From assembly GCA_050951325.1 (NCBI GenBank), contig JBMNIW010000012.1, positions 64,001 through 128,000 of the forward strand: a stretch of 64,000 bases of DNA, read 5' to 3'. Made by a program: the position numbers and the translations under genes. Origin of the DNA: Clostridia bacterium (GTDB taxonomy: Bacteria > Bacillota > Clostridia > UBA1212 > DUPL01). Shown here in pieces: positions 8,379 through 19,360 of this stretch (its first letter is position 1; each line of letters starts with the position of its first letter). The notes below the pieces were generated by a model, which did not search any database, was not told the DNA's origin, and saw only the letters and a list, made by a program, of their open reading frames with translations.

Positions 8379-10702
8379 ATAATCTCCCTTTCTTCTTCAT
8401 TGTACTCAAATACATATGTCGTTCCTGTATTCGTATTAACTGATATTGTCTTATCTTTGTACCTTACTGTCAGCATTCCACCCACGGTTGAGTATATGGT
8501 TGCTCGGACCAGTTTGTTATCAGACCAGACAATCTCTTTTACTAAGAATCCGCCCCTTGCACATAGGCCATAAACACTACCCTCCTTCCACTTGTCAGGA
8601 AGGGCAGGCAGCAGGTGTATTTGGTTGTATGCACTGCATACAAAAATTTCACACATGCCTGCAAGTGTGCCAAAGTTGCCGTCAATCTGAAACACTTTGT
8701 CCGTCTCCCCTATTGGATGTGCTCCAAAAAGGTTTGGGTAAACAAGCCTGTTGGATGGATCAAAGGCAATCTTCAGCATCCGGTAAGCATTATCAGCGTC
8801 ACCAAGTCTTGCGTATTGGGCAATCCTCCATGCAATTCCCCACAACGTCCAGTCTCCAGGCTTTGATCTTGCTGCCAGTGTTGTTTTAACAGCTTTTCTA
8901 ATCTCCTCATCCTCCAGATCAACACATGACAGAGGATATACTCCAACCAGGTTGGATATATGTCTATGGGCATCATGCGGATCATCATAATCATGGAATA
9001 AAAACTCCTGGACCTGACCCCATCTCCCTATTTTCACGCATGAAGGCAGTTTTTCTTTTGCCTTTTGCATTTTTTCTATCAGTTTCTTGTCTTTTCCTAA
9101 AGTATTGGCTGCCTGTATCATGTCGGAAAACAGCTGGTGCACTATTTGATTGTCAAAAGAAGAGGCAAAAGATATGTATTTTTCCTCAGGTCCTCGCTGT
9201 ACCAATTCAGGAGACGTGGAAGGACAGGTTACAAGATAAGTGTTTCCTTCCTCATCCGTATACTCAGTTAAAAAGGACAGAATGAATTCTGCAGCACCTT
9301 TTAGAGTCTTGTATATTTTCTTGAGATATTTCCTGTCCATAGTGTATAGATAAATGTCAAACAGCTGGTTTGCCAGCCATGCACCGCAGGTTGGAGTAAG
9401 GCCCCAAGGACCGTCCACGGGACCTGTTATGTTCCACAAGTCAGTATTGTGATGCAAAACCCATCCCTTTTTTATACCGTACAGTTTTTCAGCGGTGATT
9501 CTGCCTTGCTCTGTCAGTTTGATTATTTTATCAACAAACACATTGGCACACTCATTAAGGTTTGCGCAACATACAGGAAAGTAATTCATCTGCAAATTTA
9601 TATTCGTCGTATATTTACTATCCCAGGGTGGATATTTCAGGTTGTTCCATATGCCTTGAAGATTAGCTGGCTGACCACCATCTCTTGATGAAGATATCAT
9701 AAGATAGCGGTTGTATTGGAAAAACAGCGCAAGTAGAGATGCATCCTCGTTTTCCTTGAATTTTTCTATTCTTTCATCTATAGGTAATGCATCATTATCT
9801 TCGCCAAGATTTATGGATGCCTTTTTAAAGATTTTTGTGTAGTCATTTATGTGCTCTTCCTTGAGTTTGTCGTATCCTTTTTTCTGTGCCAAATCCAATA
9901 CAGATAAAGCCTTGTTCTTGTAGTCAACACCCAGAGTCTTGTAATCCTTGAAATTGGTGGCGACAGTTATTAGAATATCGCAACTTTCTGCATCAATCAC
10001 TTTGAGAGAGCTGCCCTGTTTTTCAATCTGACCGCCCCTTGGAAGAACCATGACTGCCACCATAAACTTGAGTTTTCCCTCAATCTCTTTTCTTGTGTCT
10101 GTGATGCCATCAAATATTAGAATATTATCTTCTATGGAAAGATCACCTATCATGTCGCTGGAAAATGTAATGTCAAAGTCCATAGTTTTTTCTGATGATG
10201 TTATTCTTGACGCAATTACATTTGACGGGTAATTTGCAAAGTATTCTTTTGTATACTTCGTTCCCTGCACGGTGTAACTGCAGAAAGCGACCGCATGATT
10301 TAAATCAAGCGTTCTTTTGTAGCTTTCATGGTTTTCATGGTTGGGAAAACTTATGAGAACCTTGCCAGCATATTGATACGTCTGCCCGTGGTGCTTGTTC
10401 CCGTCCTTCATTCCATAAAAGAAGGTTTTTTCCCAAGCCTTGTCCTGGTTTGGGTTTTCCCTAAGCTGGATTCTACTTAGACCATCAAAGTCATCTTTGG
10501 AAACGCTTAGGTTGTTTGAATAGGGGCTTCCTGTCCATATGGTGCATTCATTTATATGCAGGATATCCCTTTGAGGAGTGCCGTAAATCATTCCGCCTAA
10601 ATTTCCGTTTCCTATTGGTAGACCTTTGTAATAATCGTTGTCGGCAGGTTTGTTGTACCACATGACATAGGGGTAATATGGAGGTTTGTTTGGATTGTCC
10701 AT
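8360..10702 (-). CDS. GH95 alpha-L-fucosidase-like glycosidase
   Basis: LPIGNGNLG, PANLQGIWN, YTTNINLQMNY, PSTSPE, HRHIS, FQIDGNFG, LLPALP. Confidence 0.92.
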   Translation of the reverse strand: MDNPNKPPYYPYVMWYNKPADNDYYKGLPIGNGNLGGMIYGTPQRDILHINECTIWTGSPYSNNLSVSKDDFDGLSRIQLRENPNQDKAWEKTFFYGMKDGNKHHGQTYQYAGKVLISFPNHENHESYKRTLDLNHAVAFCSYTVQGTKYTKEYFANYPSNVIASRITSSEKTMDFDITFSSDMIGDLSIEDNILIFDGITDTRKEIEGKLKFMVAVMVLPRGGQIEKQGSSLKVIDAESCDILITVATNFKDYKTLGVDYKNKALSVLDLAQKKGYDKLKEEHINDYTKIFKKASINLGEDNDALPIDERIEKFKENEDASLLALFFQYNRYLMISSSRDGGQPANLQGIWNNLKYPPWDSKYTTNINLQMNYFPVCCANLNECANVFVDKIIKLTEQGRITAEKLYGIKKGWVLHHNTDLWNITGPVDGPWGLTPTCGAWLANQLFDIYLYTMDRKYLKKIYKTLKGAAEFILSFLTEYTDEEGNTYLVTCPSTSPELVQRGPEEKYISFASSFDNQIVHQLFSDMIQAANTLGKDKKLIEKMQKAKEKLPSCVKIGRWGQVQEFLFHDYDDPHDAHRHISNLVGVYPLSCVDLEDEEIRKAVKTTLAARSKPGDWTLWGIAWRIAQYARLGDADNAYRMLKIAFDPSNRLVYPNLFGAHPIGETDKVFQIDGNFGTLAGMCEIFVCSAYNQIHLLPALPDKWKEGSVYGLCARGGFLVKEIVWSDNKLVRATIYSTVGGMLTVRYKDKTISVNTNTGTTYVFEYNEEEREIICSKAI

Positions 10703-10930
10703 TTTTCAACACCAACCATAGCATTAGTAGTATCAAAGTTATACCATATTGGAGTATTTGTTACAAGGGTTTGCTCGGTTCATTTATTTGCAATTTCCGA
10801 GGAATTGTTGTGATTCAATGAATAAAGGTTAATTGCAAAAGTAAATGCAAATGAAAAAGTGTCTCCGACACATCAGCTCCCCTAGCCCCTCAATCTTGAG
10901 GGGAACTATGGTGTTTCTTTTTTTTACTGT

Positions 10931-11374
10931 TTGTCTTATAATAACAACATGAACATATTGCAAGAAATATTTAAAGATAACTTTGAGCAGATGTTATATT
11001 TATTGAAACCACGGAAAACAGTGGTTGAAAATGTAGAAAAGATGATACATTGCGGTGACCCATTGTATGGCGGTGCCATGTACGGTTGTTCAGATTGTGG
11101 CAGATTTAAGTTTGTTCCTTTCAGATGTCATAGCAGGTTCTGCCCCACCTGTGGAATCAAATATACAATGGACCGTACAACTGCAATGTCTTTTAAAATC
11201 GTTAATGCTCATCATCGACATGTCGTCTTTACAATTGCAGAGGAACTTCGAGGTTATTTCCTTGAAGATCGCGACCTTCTCAATTGTCTTTTCTCCGCAG
11301 TCAATCAAGTAGTGCATAGATTATTTTGCCCCATACAGAGAAATCGTTGCGTTTTTTGCTGGTTTAATCTATAA
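10931..11374 (+). pseudogene. IS91-family transposase N-terminal fragment
   Basis: Zn-binding CSDC...FRCHSRFCPTCG and HRHVVFTI; ends before HUH/Y2 catalytic region. Confidence 0.8.
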
Positions 11375-11516
11375 TTTAAAATAAAAGGTTCAGTTAGAGG
11401 ATGTTTTTGGGCATGACAAACTAGCCTTGCATAATTTCTTAATTTTTACGAAGAAGTAAATGCAAAGCTTTTTGACTCATTTTGCCCGCCAGGAGTTATC
11501 AATGTTTAGGATATGA

Positions 11517-12824
11517 TTATTTTATTAAAACTGGATGCAAGATTACATCCTTTGCTGGTATTTCAACCAGACCGAGTTTTGCGGCGATTTCATCGCCATA
11601 TATTGCTTTGAAGACAGCAATTGGCGATTTATCCCCAAGCCTCGGTCTGGGGTATGAGTTTATATGATTAGTAATCAGGTCTGTTTTTTCCCGATTAAGT
11701 CCGGAAAAAGACGACCCCTTAGACAAAATGCAACGGAAAAACTCATGGTTCCTTTCACATTTTGCCTTTTGGTTTGAGTTCATAGGATCACAGTAAAACA
11801 CTCTCGACTGAGCTTCCCCTGTTTCTCTATTAATCTCAATGGTGGTTGGATCGGTGAACTCGGAGCCCCTGTCAGTGAGAATGACAGGGAACAGTTTTGA
11901 GAATTCCGAATCTGTCAGCTTTGACCTGAGTTCATCAAATATCTCCGCTACTGAGCGAGCTGTATTGGTACTGCGGTAGAAGTATAGCTGCAAATCGCAG
12001 TTTTTGAAAAGCAAGGACAGCACAACTGCCGATTCGCCCTTTCTTCCCATAACAGTATCCATTTCAACAACGTTGACATAACCGCTTTGTTCCAGATAAG
12101 CCTGGAAATCGGAATATGTCCTGCCTTTGAAGCACTGCTTGTCCACTTTTACGGCAGGTCCGGCTTTTTTTCTTAACCTTCTCTGGACGGTACGTGACAA
12201 ATCGGTAGGTTTGGCTGACAAAAGCCCCATATGTAAGTATTTGTATACACTTCTTTCGGAAAGGTTCAAAACATCTTTTTGCTCCGTGCATATCAAGTGT
12301 ATTGATTGTCCTTTTTTCAATCTTGGAGAAATGATATCGTCAATATGCTTCAAATGCTCACCGGTTACCGAAATGCCCTGTCTGGATTCCGAGAGCTTTT
12401 TCCTGTACTCTTTGTGCGCTTTTTCGGCATCATACAAGTATTTGGACAGTGGACATCTTGGTTTCTTTTCACAGCTATTGCAAACATATGGCGGAGAATC
12501 ATATCTGGTACATATATCTTCCTCGAACTCACTGCAAAAATCATTACATCCACCGCAGTACTTGCAATTCTTGTGGTGTATTGCCTCGCATGAAGGCTTT
12601 TTGCATTTACCCGCGATTTTGCAGTCAAAACGCTTTTTACACGCATTTTTGGTTTGCATGGTTGAAACCTCTTTTCGACTGATGAAAACACGATGTTTTT
12701 TTACTTCTCTCATAATGGTGCTTGCCGGTCGTGACAAATCCACAGCTATTTCAGCAAACGATTTACCTTCCTTAAGCATTTTTTGAATGGTGATCCTGTC
12801 TTCCAATGTCAAATGTTTACCCAT
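11517..12824 (-). CDS. IS30-family transposase with Cys-rich insert
   Basis: N-terminal HTH (HLTLEDRITI), EMDTV, LTDRGSEF, QKAKCERNH, NSYPR. Confidence 0.92.
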   Translation of the reverse strand: MGKHLTLEDRITIQKMLKEGKSFAEIAVDLSRPASTIMREVKKHRVFISRKEVSTMQTKNACKKRFDCKIAGKCKKPSCEAIHHKNCKYCGGCNDFCSEFEEDICTRYDSPPYVCNSCEKKPRCPLSKYLYDAEKAHKEYRKKLSESRQGISVTGEHLKHIDDIISPRLKKGQSIHLICTEQKDVLNLSERSVYKYLHMGLLSAKPTDLSRTVQRRLRKKAGPAVKVDKQCFKGRTYSDFQAYLEQSGYVNVVEMDTVMGRKGESAVVLSLLFKNCDLQLYFYRSTNTARSVAEIFDELRSKLTDSEFSKLFPVILTDRGSEFTDPTTIEINRETGEAQSRVFYCDPMNSNQKAKCERNHEFFRCILSKGSSFSGLNREKTDLITNHINSYPRPRLGDKSPIAVFKAIYGDEIAAKLGLVEIPAKDVILHPVLIK

Positions 12825-13073
12825 AAATGCCTCCTTCTACTCCTGGACAGGCAACAAGGAAATAATTGCACATAATTAGGAAAAAGTAAACGCAATTTTT
12901 ATGGGTACCCTCCGGTACCCATAAAGGCATTTGGTATTAGGAAAAAGTAAATGCAACTCTAGCCATAAGTTATTAGAATGTGAGTATTTGCATCTTCGGA
13001 AGAAGTAAATGCAACTGTATCTTTGCATTTAAAAATTCAAATGACCTTAATGAATATATTTTAAATAAACCAG

Positions 13074-13102
13074 TTTACATTTGGCCAATGCTTGTATATA
13101 AT
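13074..13102 (+). promoter_or_regulatory. sigmaA promoter
   Basis: TTTACA-N17-TATAAT upstream of GGAGG RBS. Confidence 0.65.
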
Positions 13103-13134
13103 ATGAGTAAAATAATACTAGGAGGTAATGCATA

Positions 13135-13767
13135 ATGAGGAAACTTATTGTTTTTATGCTTGTTATGGTCGTAGTCCTGTCAATGACGCTAATACCCTCC
13201 TCCGCTGAGGATGATTTGGTCGTCGATTTGGGTGCTATCGGCGGTGTCGAAAATTATGGTCCCCATGGCTATCCTGACCAAAAACTGCTAATGTTTGGTT
13301 ATGGAACTGTTGTAAAACTAGGTAATTTCGATTTGTCAAAATATGATGCTATGGAAATTACATATGCAACAGACCTCGCATTCCAAGCAATGAAAGAGGG
13401 AATGAAACATGTGGCTATTCTTGGTATCAAATCAGCAGAATCTCCAATTTTCGGATATGCAAACCTGGATTTCAATGAAGAGAACTCCCTTGGCTGGGCT
13501 CCATTGACAGATGCGGATCCAGAAGCTAATCCTGACGGAGTCAACTGGGACAAAGGCGAAAGAAAGTGTGTAATTGACCTTTCCGGACAAAATTACAACG
13601 GAGACGTATATCTGATGTGTTTCAACTCAACAGGCAACGAAACCCTTGTTGTTGAAATCAAGCTCATTGCAGCTCAAGAAAATCCGACTACTGGCGACTT
13701 TGGTATAATCGGTATGGCTATTGTTACTGCTTATGCAACAACTTTGACAAAGAAGAAAAAGCGTTAA
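13135..13767 (+). CDS. Secreted protein with sortase-like anchor (NPTTGD), CBM-like domain
   Basis: Signal peptide; NPTTGD + hydrophobic segment + KKKKR. Confidence 0.75.
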   Translation: MRKLIVFMLVMVVVLSMTLIPSSAEDDLVVDLGAIGGVENYGPHGYPDQKLLMFGYGTVVKLGNFDLSKYDAMEITYATDLAFQAMKEGMKHVAILGIKSAESPIFGYANLDFNEENSLGWAPLTDADPEANPDGVNWDKGERKCVIDLSGQNYNGDVYLMCFNSTGNETLVVEIKLIAAQENPTTGDFGIIGMAIVTAYATTLTKKKKR

Positions 13768-13786
13768 TGATCCGATATACCCTTCA

Positions 13787-13829
13787 AACAGCAGGAAATA
13801 TGGGTGTCATATCCATATTTCCTGCTGTT
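13787..13829. terminator. Intrinsic terminator
   Basis: AACAGCAGGAAATATGG...CCATATTTCCTGCTGTT inverted repeat. Confidence 0.7.
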
Positions 13830-13990
13830 ATTTCTTTCCACTTCAACTCTGCATAAAAGTTAAGCATGCTTGAATGGATGGTCTTTTGCGAAAGGAAGAT
13901 GTCGCAATATATTTGGGTGAAAACTAGGATTTTGTACACCCATCCATTAGACATCGAGAAGTATAACGGGCCTGAGCTGATCCCTTCTTG

Positions 13991-14464
13991 TCAATAATCT
14001 ATTTTTCTATACTTAAATCCTCTATCAAAATACATTTGTTTGTCCATAATAAGTGGTATTCCAAAAAACTCTTCCAACATTCTTGTTAGTTTCAGAACAT
14101 CCTCGCATTCGAGGAGCCGGTATAATCTTTTTAACTCCGACTGATCTATTTCTAGTTTGTCAAGCATCAGCTGAAGCTTTCTTCTTGTGACTGAATATGC
14201 ATTATAATATATATATGCAATTCTTCTCCCTGCTTCACACATCTGTAAATATGATTTTCTATCAGTGGAAGCAAAGGATAATACAGGTTTGTCAATAATT
14301 TCAGATAATCTTAATGCATAGTATGGTGTTTCCAAATTAGTAAAAAAACTATCAACAAGGGTCACCCAGTCATCAGAGGATTTGCATATGAAGTGTCTTT
14401 TTCTAAACTCCTTCGGTATATCCGTTATACTGGCTTTGTACACATGAATGATTCCAGCACCCAT
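13991..14464 (-). CDS. Hypothetical protein
   Basis: 157-aa ORF with AAGGAG RBS. Confidence 0.6.
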   Translation of the reverse strand: MGAGIIHVYKASITDIPKEFRKRHFICKSSDDWVTLVDSFFTNLETPYYALRLSEIIDKPVLSFASTDRKSYLQMCEAGRRIAYIYYNAYSVTRRKLQLMLDKLEIDQSELKRLYRLLECEDVLKLTRMLEEFFGIPLIMDKQMYFDRGFKYRKIDY

Positions 14465-14567
14465 TTATACTCCTTCCACAAATATTAGAAAAAAGAAAAA
14501 GGGAACATGCATTAGGTAACATCTAATGCACATCCCCTTTTTGTATCAACCTCATTGATTTAATAGT

Positions 14568-15191
14568 TCACGCCATATCTTTTCTCTTCTTGAATACAAC
14601 AACTCCAGTTGCTGCAATAAGCAAAACGTATGCAAGAATAGTGGTTGAGTCGTATGTTGGCGGGTTGTCATCTGCTACAAATATGCACGACTTTGCCATG
14701 TAGTTTTGCTCGGTACCATTTATATAGGTAACAGCTCCTACATCTGGATTTTTACCATCGGTCCAAACGCCAAGATCGTTTGTCGCAGCATCCCTTGGCA
14801 TCAGGACCAAGTATGTACCAGGTCCATAATATCCATTGACATCAAGTCTGAAGTCTGAATTGTCTGCATGCAGCTCGGAATGTGATTCAAGTCTATCGCC
14901 TGCAACAGTTGTTGCATAATCCGTATCCCATTTGAAGAGAACGATTTCACCTGTGCTGTCTTTTTTTGTCCAAGTAGGACTATCAATAAAAACGAACGCT
15001 TTAAGCATTTTACCTTCCGGCACAGTAAACTTGACTGCAATATCGCCGACAGCAAGAACATTTTTGGGACCGTCTCCTCCACCGGATTTATACAAATCAA
15101 TACGCTCCTCTGCAGCACTTACCGGTAAAACCATGGCAAATATGCAGACTAATACAAGTATCAAGGCAACTTTTCTCATTAAGGTTTTCAT
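14568..15191 (-). CDS. Secreted protein with sortase-like anchor (NPPTYD)
   Basis: Signal peptide ending VSA; NPPTYD + TM + KKRK; terminator hairpin ~14499-14540. Confidence 0.75.
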   Translation of the reverse strand: MKTLMRKVALILVLVCIFAMVLPVSAAEERIDLYKSGGGDGPKNVLAVGDIAVKFTVPEGKMLKAFVFIDSPTWTKKDSTGEIVLFKWDTDYATTVAGDRLESHSELHADNSDFRLDVNGYYGPGTYLVLMPRDAATNDLGVWTDGKNPDVGAVTYINGTEQNYMAKSCIFVADDNPPTYDSTTILAYVLLIAATGVVVFKKRKDMA

Positions 15192-15222
15192 AGGTACACC
15201 CCCGTATTTTTGCTTTAGCTAA

Positions 15223-15251
15223 ATTATATTTACAATCCAGATATCTGTCAA
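15223..15251 (-). promoter_or_regulatory. Consensus sigmaA promoter
   Basis: TTGACA-N17-TATAAT on minus strand. Confidence 0.75.
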
Positions 15252-15355
15252 TAGTATTTTAATATTTTATTTACACTCTCTAATTACAGTTATTTTATTG
15301 TTCTTTTACTTTTTAGCCCACCCTGGTATAATATTATCTATACGGTTTCAAGGAG

Positions 15356-15988
15356 ATGTATATGCATATTCTAAGTATAAAATCATTGAATTTCAAAAAT
15401 AAAATTTTCTACAAAGATGTAAACATTGAAAAAGGACAAATAGTTTTCTTAAGAGGTGCCAGCGGTAGTGGAAAAAGTACTCTTCTAAGACTTATCAATG
15501 CAACCCTTCCATTGGAAGAAGGAACAATTCTTTACAACAACAAGGATATTCGCGAGATTGACACAATTACATTGAGAAGGGAAATAATTCTCGCAGGTCA
15601 GTCAGTATATCTGTTTCCAGGAACAATAAAAGATAATTTCAAGAGGTATCACGAGTACAGAGAATCGCAAGTTCCTTCAGATGAGGTAATAAGGTCCTTG
15701 CTTGACACAAGCTGTATCGATTTTGATATCGACACAGTATGCAACAACTTTTCAGGAGGAGAAAGACAAAGAGTTTTCATAAGCATCGCCTTAAGCTTTA
15801 AACCTAGGGTATTGCTACTGGACGAGCCTACATCCGCTTTGGATAACGCAACTGCAGACCGGCTTATGAGCAATCTTGTCACACACTGCAAGCAGAATTA
15901 CATGACTATGATTATTGTAAGCCATGATCAGACCATTACTGAAAAATATGCTGAGGTTACAATAGATATTGGGGAGGGTGTAAAATGA
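15356..15988 (+). CDS. fetA: ABC ATP-binding protein (FetA/YbbL-like)
   Basis: GASGSGKST, FSGGE, LLLDEPT; overlaps permease. Confidence 0.75.
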   Translation: MYMHILSIKSLNFKNKIFYKDVNIEKGQIVFLRGASGSGKSTLLRLINATLPLEEGTILYNNKDIREIDTITLRREIILAGQSVYLFPGTIKDNFKRYHEYRESQVPSDEVIRSLLDTSCIDFDIDTVCNNFSGGERQRVFISIALSFKPRVLLLDEPTSALDNATADRLMSNLVTHCKQNYMTMIIVSHDQTITEKYAEVTIDIGEGVK

Positions 15989-16755
15989 GCGGAGCTGCTT
16001 CAATTAGTCTTGTACGATTCATAATAATCTACCTTTTATTGCTGATAGTTATAGCAATAATGAAGAAAAGCAAAATCAACCAGACAAAACTGCTTTTTGT
16101 TGCAAGTATAAGAATGACATTGCAGCTGGTTATTGCAGGTTTTATTCTAACATACATTTTTAAACACCCACACCCTGTATTCACAGTTCTTTATCTTGCA
16201 TCGATGATAACCTTTGCTATCCACAGAGTTCTTTCGAGGAACAAGGAATTGAATACGAATTTTAAAATCGTGATTGGATTTTCCTTGGCCTTTTCAGGGC
16301 TTGGGATTGTCGCCTATTTTGTAATGGCTGTTGTAAATCAGAGCATTTTCAATCCCCAATATACCATTCCCCTGTCCGGCATGATTGTTGGAAACGCCAT
16401 GACAGGAGTAAATCTTGGTGTAAAAACATTCCTTGAATCAATATCAGCAGAGAAACCCAGGATTGAAGCTTTAATAAATTTCGGAGCAAAACCAAAGGAC
16501 ATACTGCTGCCTTTTGTAAATCAGTCGCTTGAGACCGCCCTTCTTCCTACACTAAACAACATGGTAGGAATGGGCATTGTATCCCTCCCTGGAATGATGA
16601 CAGGTCAGATTCTTTCAGGAACAATGCCGACAACTGCTATTCTTTATCAGATATCCATCATGATTGCCATATGTACGGTTGTATGCCTTTCAGTTTTCGG
16701 TTCTTTATATCTGGGTTACAGGACTCTATACAATGAGAGAAACCAGTTTCTATGA
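15985..16755 (+). CDS. fetB: ABC permease (FetB/UPF0014)
   Basis: RMTLQL, IPLSGMIVGNAM, GIVSLPGMMTGQILSG. Confidence 0.85.
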   Translation: MSGAASISLVRFIIIYLLLLIVIAIMKKSKINQTKLLFVASIRMTLQLVIAGFILTYIFKHPHPVFTVLYLASMITFAIHRVLSRNKELNTNFKIVIGFSLAFSGLGIVAYFVMAVVNQSIFNPQYTIPLSGMIVGNAMTGVNLGVKTFLESISAEKPRIEALINFGAKPKDILLPFVNQSLETALLPTLNNMVGMGIVSLPGMMTGQILSGTMPTTAILYQISIMIAICTVVCLSVFGSLYLGYRTLYNERNQFL

Positions 16756-16873
16756 TTTCTTTTATTTCAGCATTCCTTTGTAAGTGATATGACATAAAAA
16801 ATCCATCATCGGTTCAAGCTGCATACTTGAAATGATGATGGTTTATTTGTCTTTCTTTATATAACTTTTCTGG

Positions 16874-18406
16874 TTATAAGCTCATCTCGTACAGTTTAAT
16901 GTCACTAACAGTTACATCGGAGTTCTGAAGGATAAAGCCCATTGTACCATTGGGTTTGCCAAGGTGTACAAAGGTTTGGACATGCAGGTCGTTTACATAC
17001 AGCTCGTAAACGTTTCTTCTGTACAAGAGTTTGAAGGTATGCGTAGTATTTGCATCTACTCCCTTAACATTTGCGCAACCTTCATCTATGGTATCTATTA
17101 TCTCATTTTTCATTATGTTGTTGGATATTGAAACATTTGTAACATAGGATTTCCTTTTGTATGGATGCCCTATTTCAAGTTCAATACCCATTCCTTTATC
17201 ATCTTCCTCTCCCATGAACACTCCAAAAGTTGCAGGTCTCCAACATTGGGTCTTATTGTTGACCTCGTCATAGTGAGGATAACTGTTTGCTGCAAACTTG
17301 CCTTCCAGGATAAATCCCTTTTCCAGATCCAGCTTGCGGTCAATTGTAACGAGCATTTTTCTGTCGTTAACGACAGGATCGTCGCTCCCTTCAACGCATG
17401 CATGAAATCCGTCGTTGCTCGGTACAAATATTTTATCACGCCAAGAAGGATAAAGTTTTGTAGTATTGAAAGAGAGATTAAAGGCATCGCTGTCCAATTT
17501 TATTTCTATGCCCTTCAAAAGATCATTTTGCTCCCAGTATGCAAGTCTCAAATGCCCGTCCTCATCAACATGAGCTTTCCTTAAGGGCAGCAACCAAATC
17601 TCATACGGACCTCCTGCATCCACTGCATTACTGATGAGTAGCTGACCATCGCCTCGTGCAAAGCATGCCAGGTTCTGAACAAAGACCCTGCCTTCAAGCC
17701 TGTCAAAGCCACACAACCTGAAAGCTTCCTTGTCGGGCTTGAACGGACCCATTGGACTGTCGCCTATAAAAGTATAAAGTCCGTAGCCATAGTTGCCTGC
17801 ATATCCTACAAATCCACCTATGTAGTAGTATTTGCCGTTTATTTTCTCAACTCCACCGCCTTCAAGGCAGTTGATGGGAGGAATGCCGCCCCACTCTATT
17901 ACAGGAGGCTTGTGGCTTGTCCAGTTTACTCCATCCTTGCTTGTCAGGATTCCAAAACAGGACTTGTATTCAGGCTTGGGGGTAGCCACTGGATAGCCAT
18001 AATATGTGTCTCCCTCTTTAATTACATACATATGGTCGTATCTTCCTTCGCCCTGATACCATCTTGTGTCAGGGGTGGCCTTGCCAACATATTCCCATTC
18101 TTTAAGGTCTTTTGACCTGTAGAATCTCAATGTGTCGTTGTTGGCTCTTGATTCTTCACTGAAGCTCCCAAAGTTAACCATTACATACTCATCTGTCTCA
18201 TAGACAAACATCTTGCACACACCGTTTGTGTCTTCAAGGACGGCACCCACATCCTCCCAGTGAACTCCATCCTCCGACACAGCCATGTACATGTGATTAT
18301 CCAAATCCGTATGCTTTTCCTTATACATTGAGAACATGTAGTATTTGCCGTTTATATACATAACAGTAGGGTCCCACATGCACCCTGTCCTTGGCTTGAA
18401 TATCAT
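16874..18406 (-). CDS. GH32/GH43-clan beta-propeller glycosidase with C-terminal beta-sandwich
   Basis: MWDP, Asp-boxes SEDGVHW/SKDLKEW/SKDGVNW, RYDH, CLEG. Confidence 0.7.
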   Translation of the reverse strand: MIFKPRTGCMWDPTVMYINGKYYMFSMYKEKHTDLDNHMYMAVSEDGVHWEDVGAVLEDTNGVCKMFVYETDEYVMVNFGSFSEESRANNDTLRFYRSKDLKEWEYVGKATPDTRWYQGEGRYDHMYVIKEGDTYYGYPVATPKPEYKSCFGILTSKDGVNWTSHKPPVIEWGGIPPINCLEGGGVEKINGKYYYIGGFVGYAGNYGYGLYTFIGDSPMGPFKPDKEAFRLCGFDRLEGRVFVQNLACFARGDGQLLISNAVDAGGPYEIWLLPLRKAHVDEDGHLRLAYWEQNDLLKGIEIKLDSDAFNLSFNTTKLYPSWRDKIFVPSNDGFHACVEGSDDPVVNDRKMLVTIDRKLDLEKGFILEGKFAANSYPHYDEVNNKTQCWRPATFGVFMGEEDDKGMGIELEIGHPYKRKSYVTNVSISNNIMKNEIIDTIDEGCANVKGVDANTTHTFKLLYRRNVYELYVNDLHVQTFVHLGKPNGTMGFILQNSDVTVSDIKLYEMSL

Positions 18407-18409
18407 TGC

Positions 18410-19214
18410 CTATGCCTCCTTTAACAGCTTTATTCCGTCTTTATATGAATCAGGGTTTCCTGCCACAACACTTGAAGGTTTGTCTAACGGAATGTCGTTT
18501 CCGTTAAAGTCGCTTATAATGCCACCTGCTTCCTGGATAAGTATTATGCCTGCCGCATAATCCCAAGGATGAAGAATTAATTCAAAAAAGAAATCCGCTC
18601 TTCCTGCTGCAATATAACCAAGGTCAAGGGCTGCTGAACCTGTTCTCCTTATATCCTTAGTATTTAAGAATACATGTTTCAGAATATCGAAGGTTCTGTC
18701 ATGGGTATCGTTGGTGCTGGGAGAAGTACCAAAAAGTACAAGGGAATCCTTTATGCCATGCCCGCTTACATGTATTCTCTTGTTGTTAAGGTATGCGCCT
18801 TTTCCCTTCACTGCATGGAATATCTCGTTAGTATAGGGGTTCATGACCACACCAAGCAAGATTTTTCCGTCTTTTCCGTATGCAACGGAGATACTGCTGT
18901 GTCTGAAATCATGTACAAAGTTTGTGGTTCCGTCCACCGGGTCTATGAGAAAGAATTCATGGACAAACTTTGACTCTCCCACTTGGCCACTGTCTTTTGT
19001 GTCTTCCTCTCCTATTACCAGTACATCGGGATACAGCTTTCCCAGCTCGTGAATCAAGGAATTCTGCACTTCCAGATCATATTTCGTAACCACATCACGG
19101 TTGCTCGCCTTTATTTCAATATCCATATCACTCTCATTTGCACCCAAATCCCTTGTAAGGATTTTTGCTGCATTCTTTCACCGCTTTAATTACATCCTCT
19201 ACATTAACTCTCAT
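18410..19214 (-). CDS. suhB: Inositol monophosphatase family protein, +1 frameshift near 19178
   Basis: GEE, IDPVDGTTNF, GSAALD, PWDYAAG; real start ATG 19214 with AGGAGG RBS in another frame. Confidence 0.85.
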
Positions 19215-19360
19215 ACAATCCTCCTGTTTCACATCATGATCATATTCATATACTAATACAGATTTGCAATTTGGACAATCCGTTTTACTCAGACCATTTT
19301 GTTTTCACACAAAAATGTGATAAAATACATTATTATTTATTGCACAAAAGGGGTGATTTG

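Larger units (their letters stand above)
10827..13046 (-). mobile_element. IS30-family element enclosing an IS91-family fragment
   Basis: Imperfect 25-bp IRs 10827-10851 / 13022-13046 (18/25); flanking near-direct repeat TCAATGAATAAA / TTAATGAATATA. Confidence 0.65.

Noticed and set aside
6109-12824. CRISPR-associated transposon or RNA-guided element
   Set aside because: Only ordinary IS4, IS30 and truncated IS91 transposases; no Cas, TnsB/C, TniQ, TnpB or IscB motifs.
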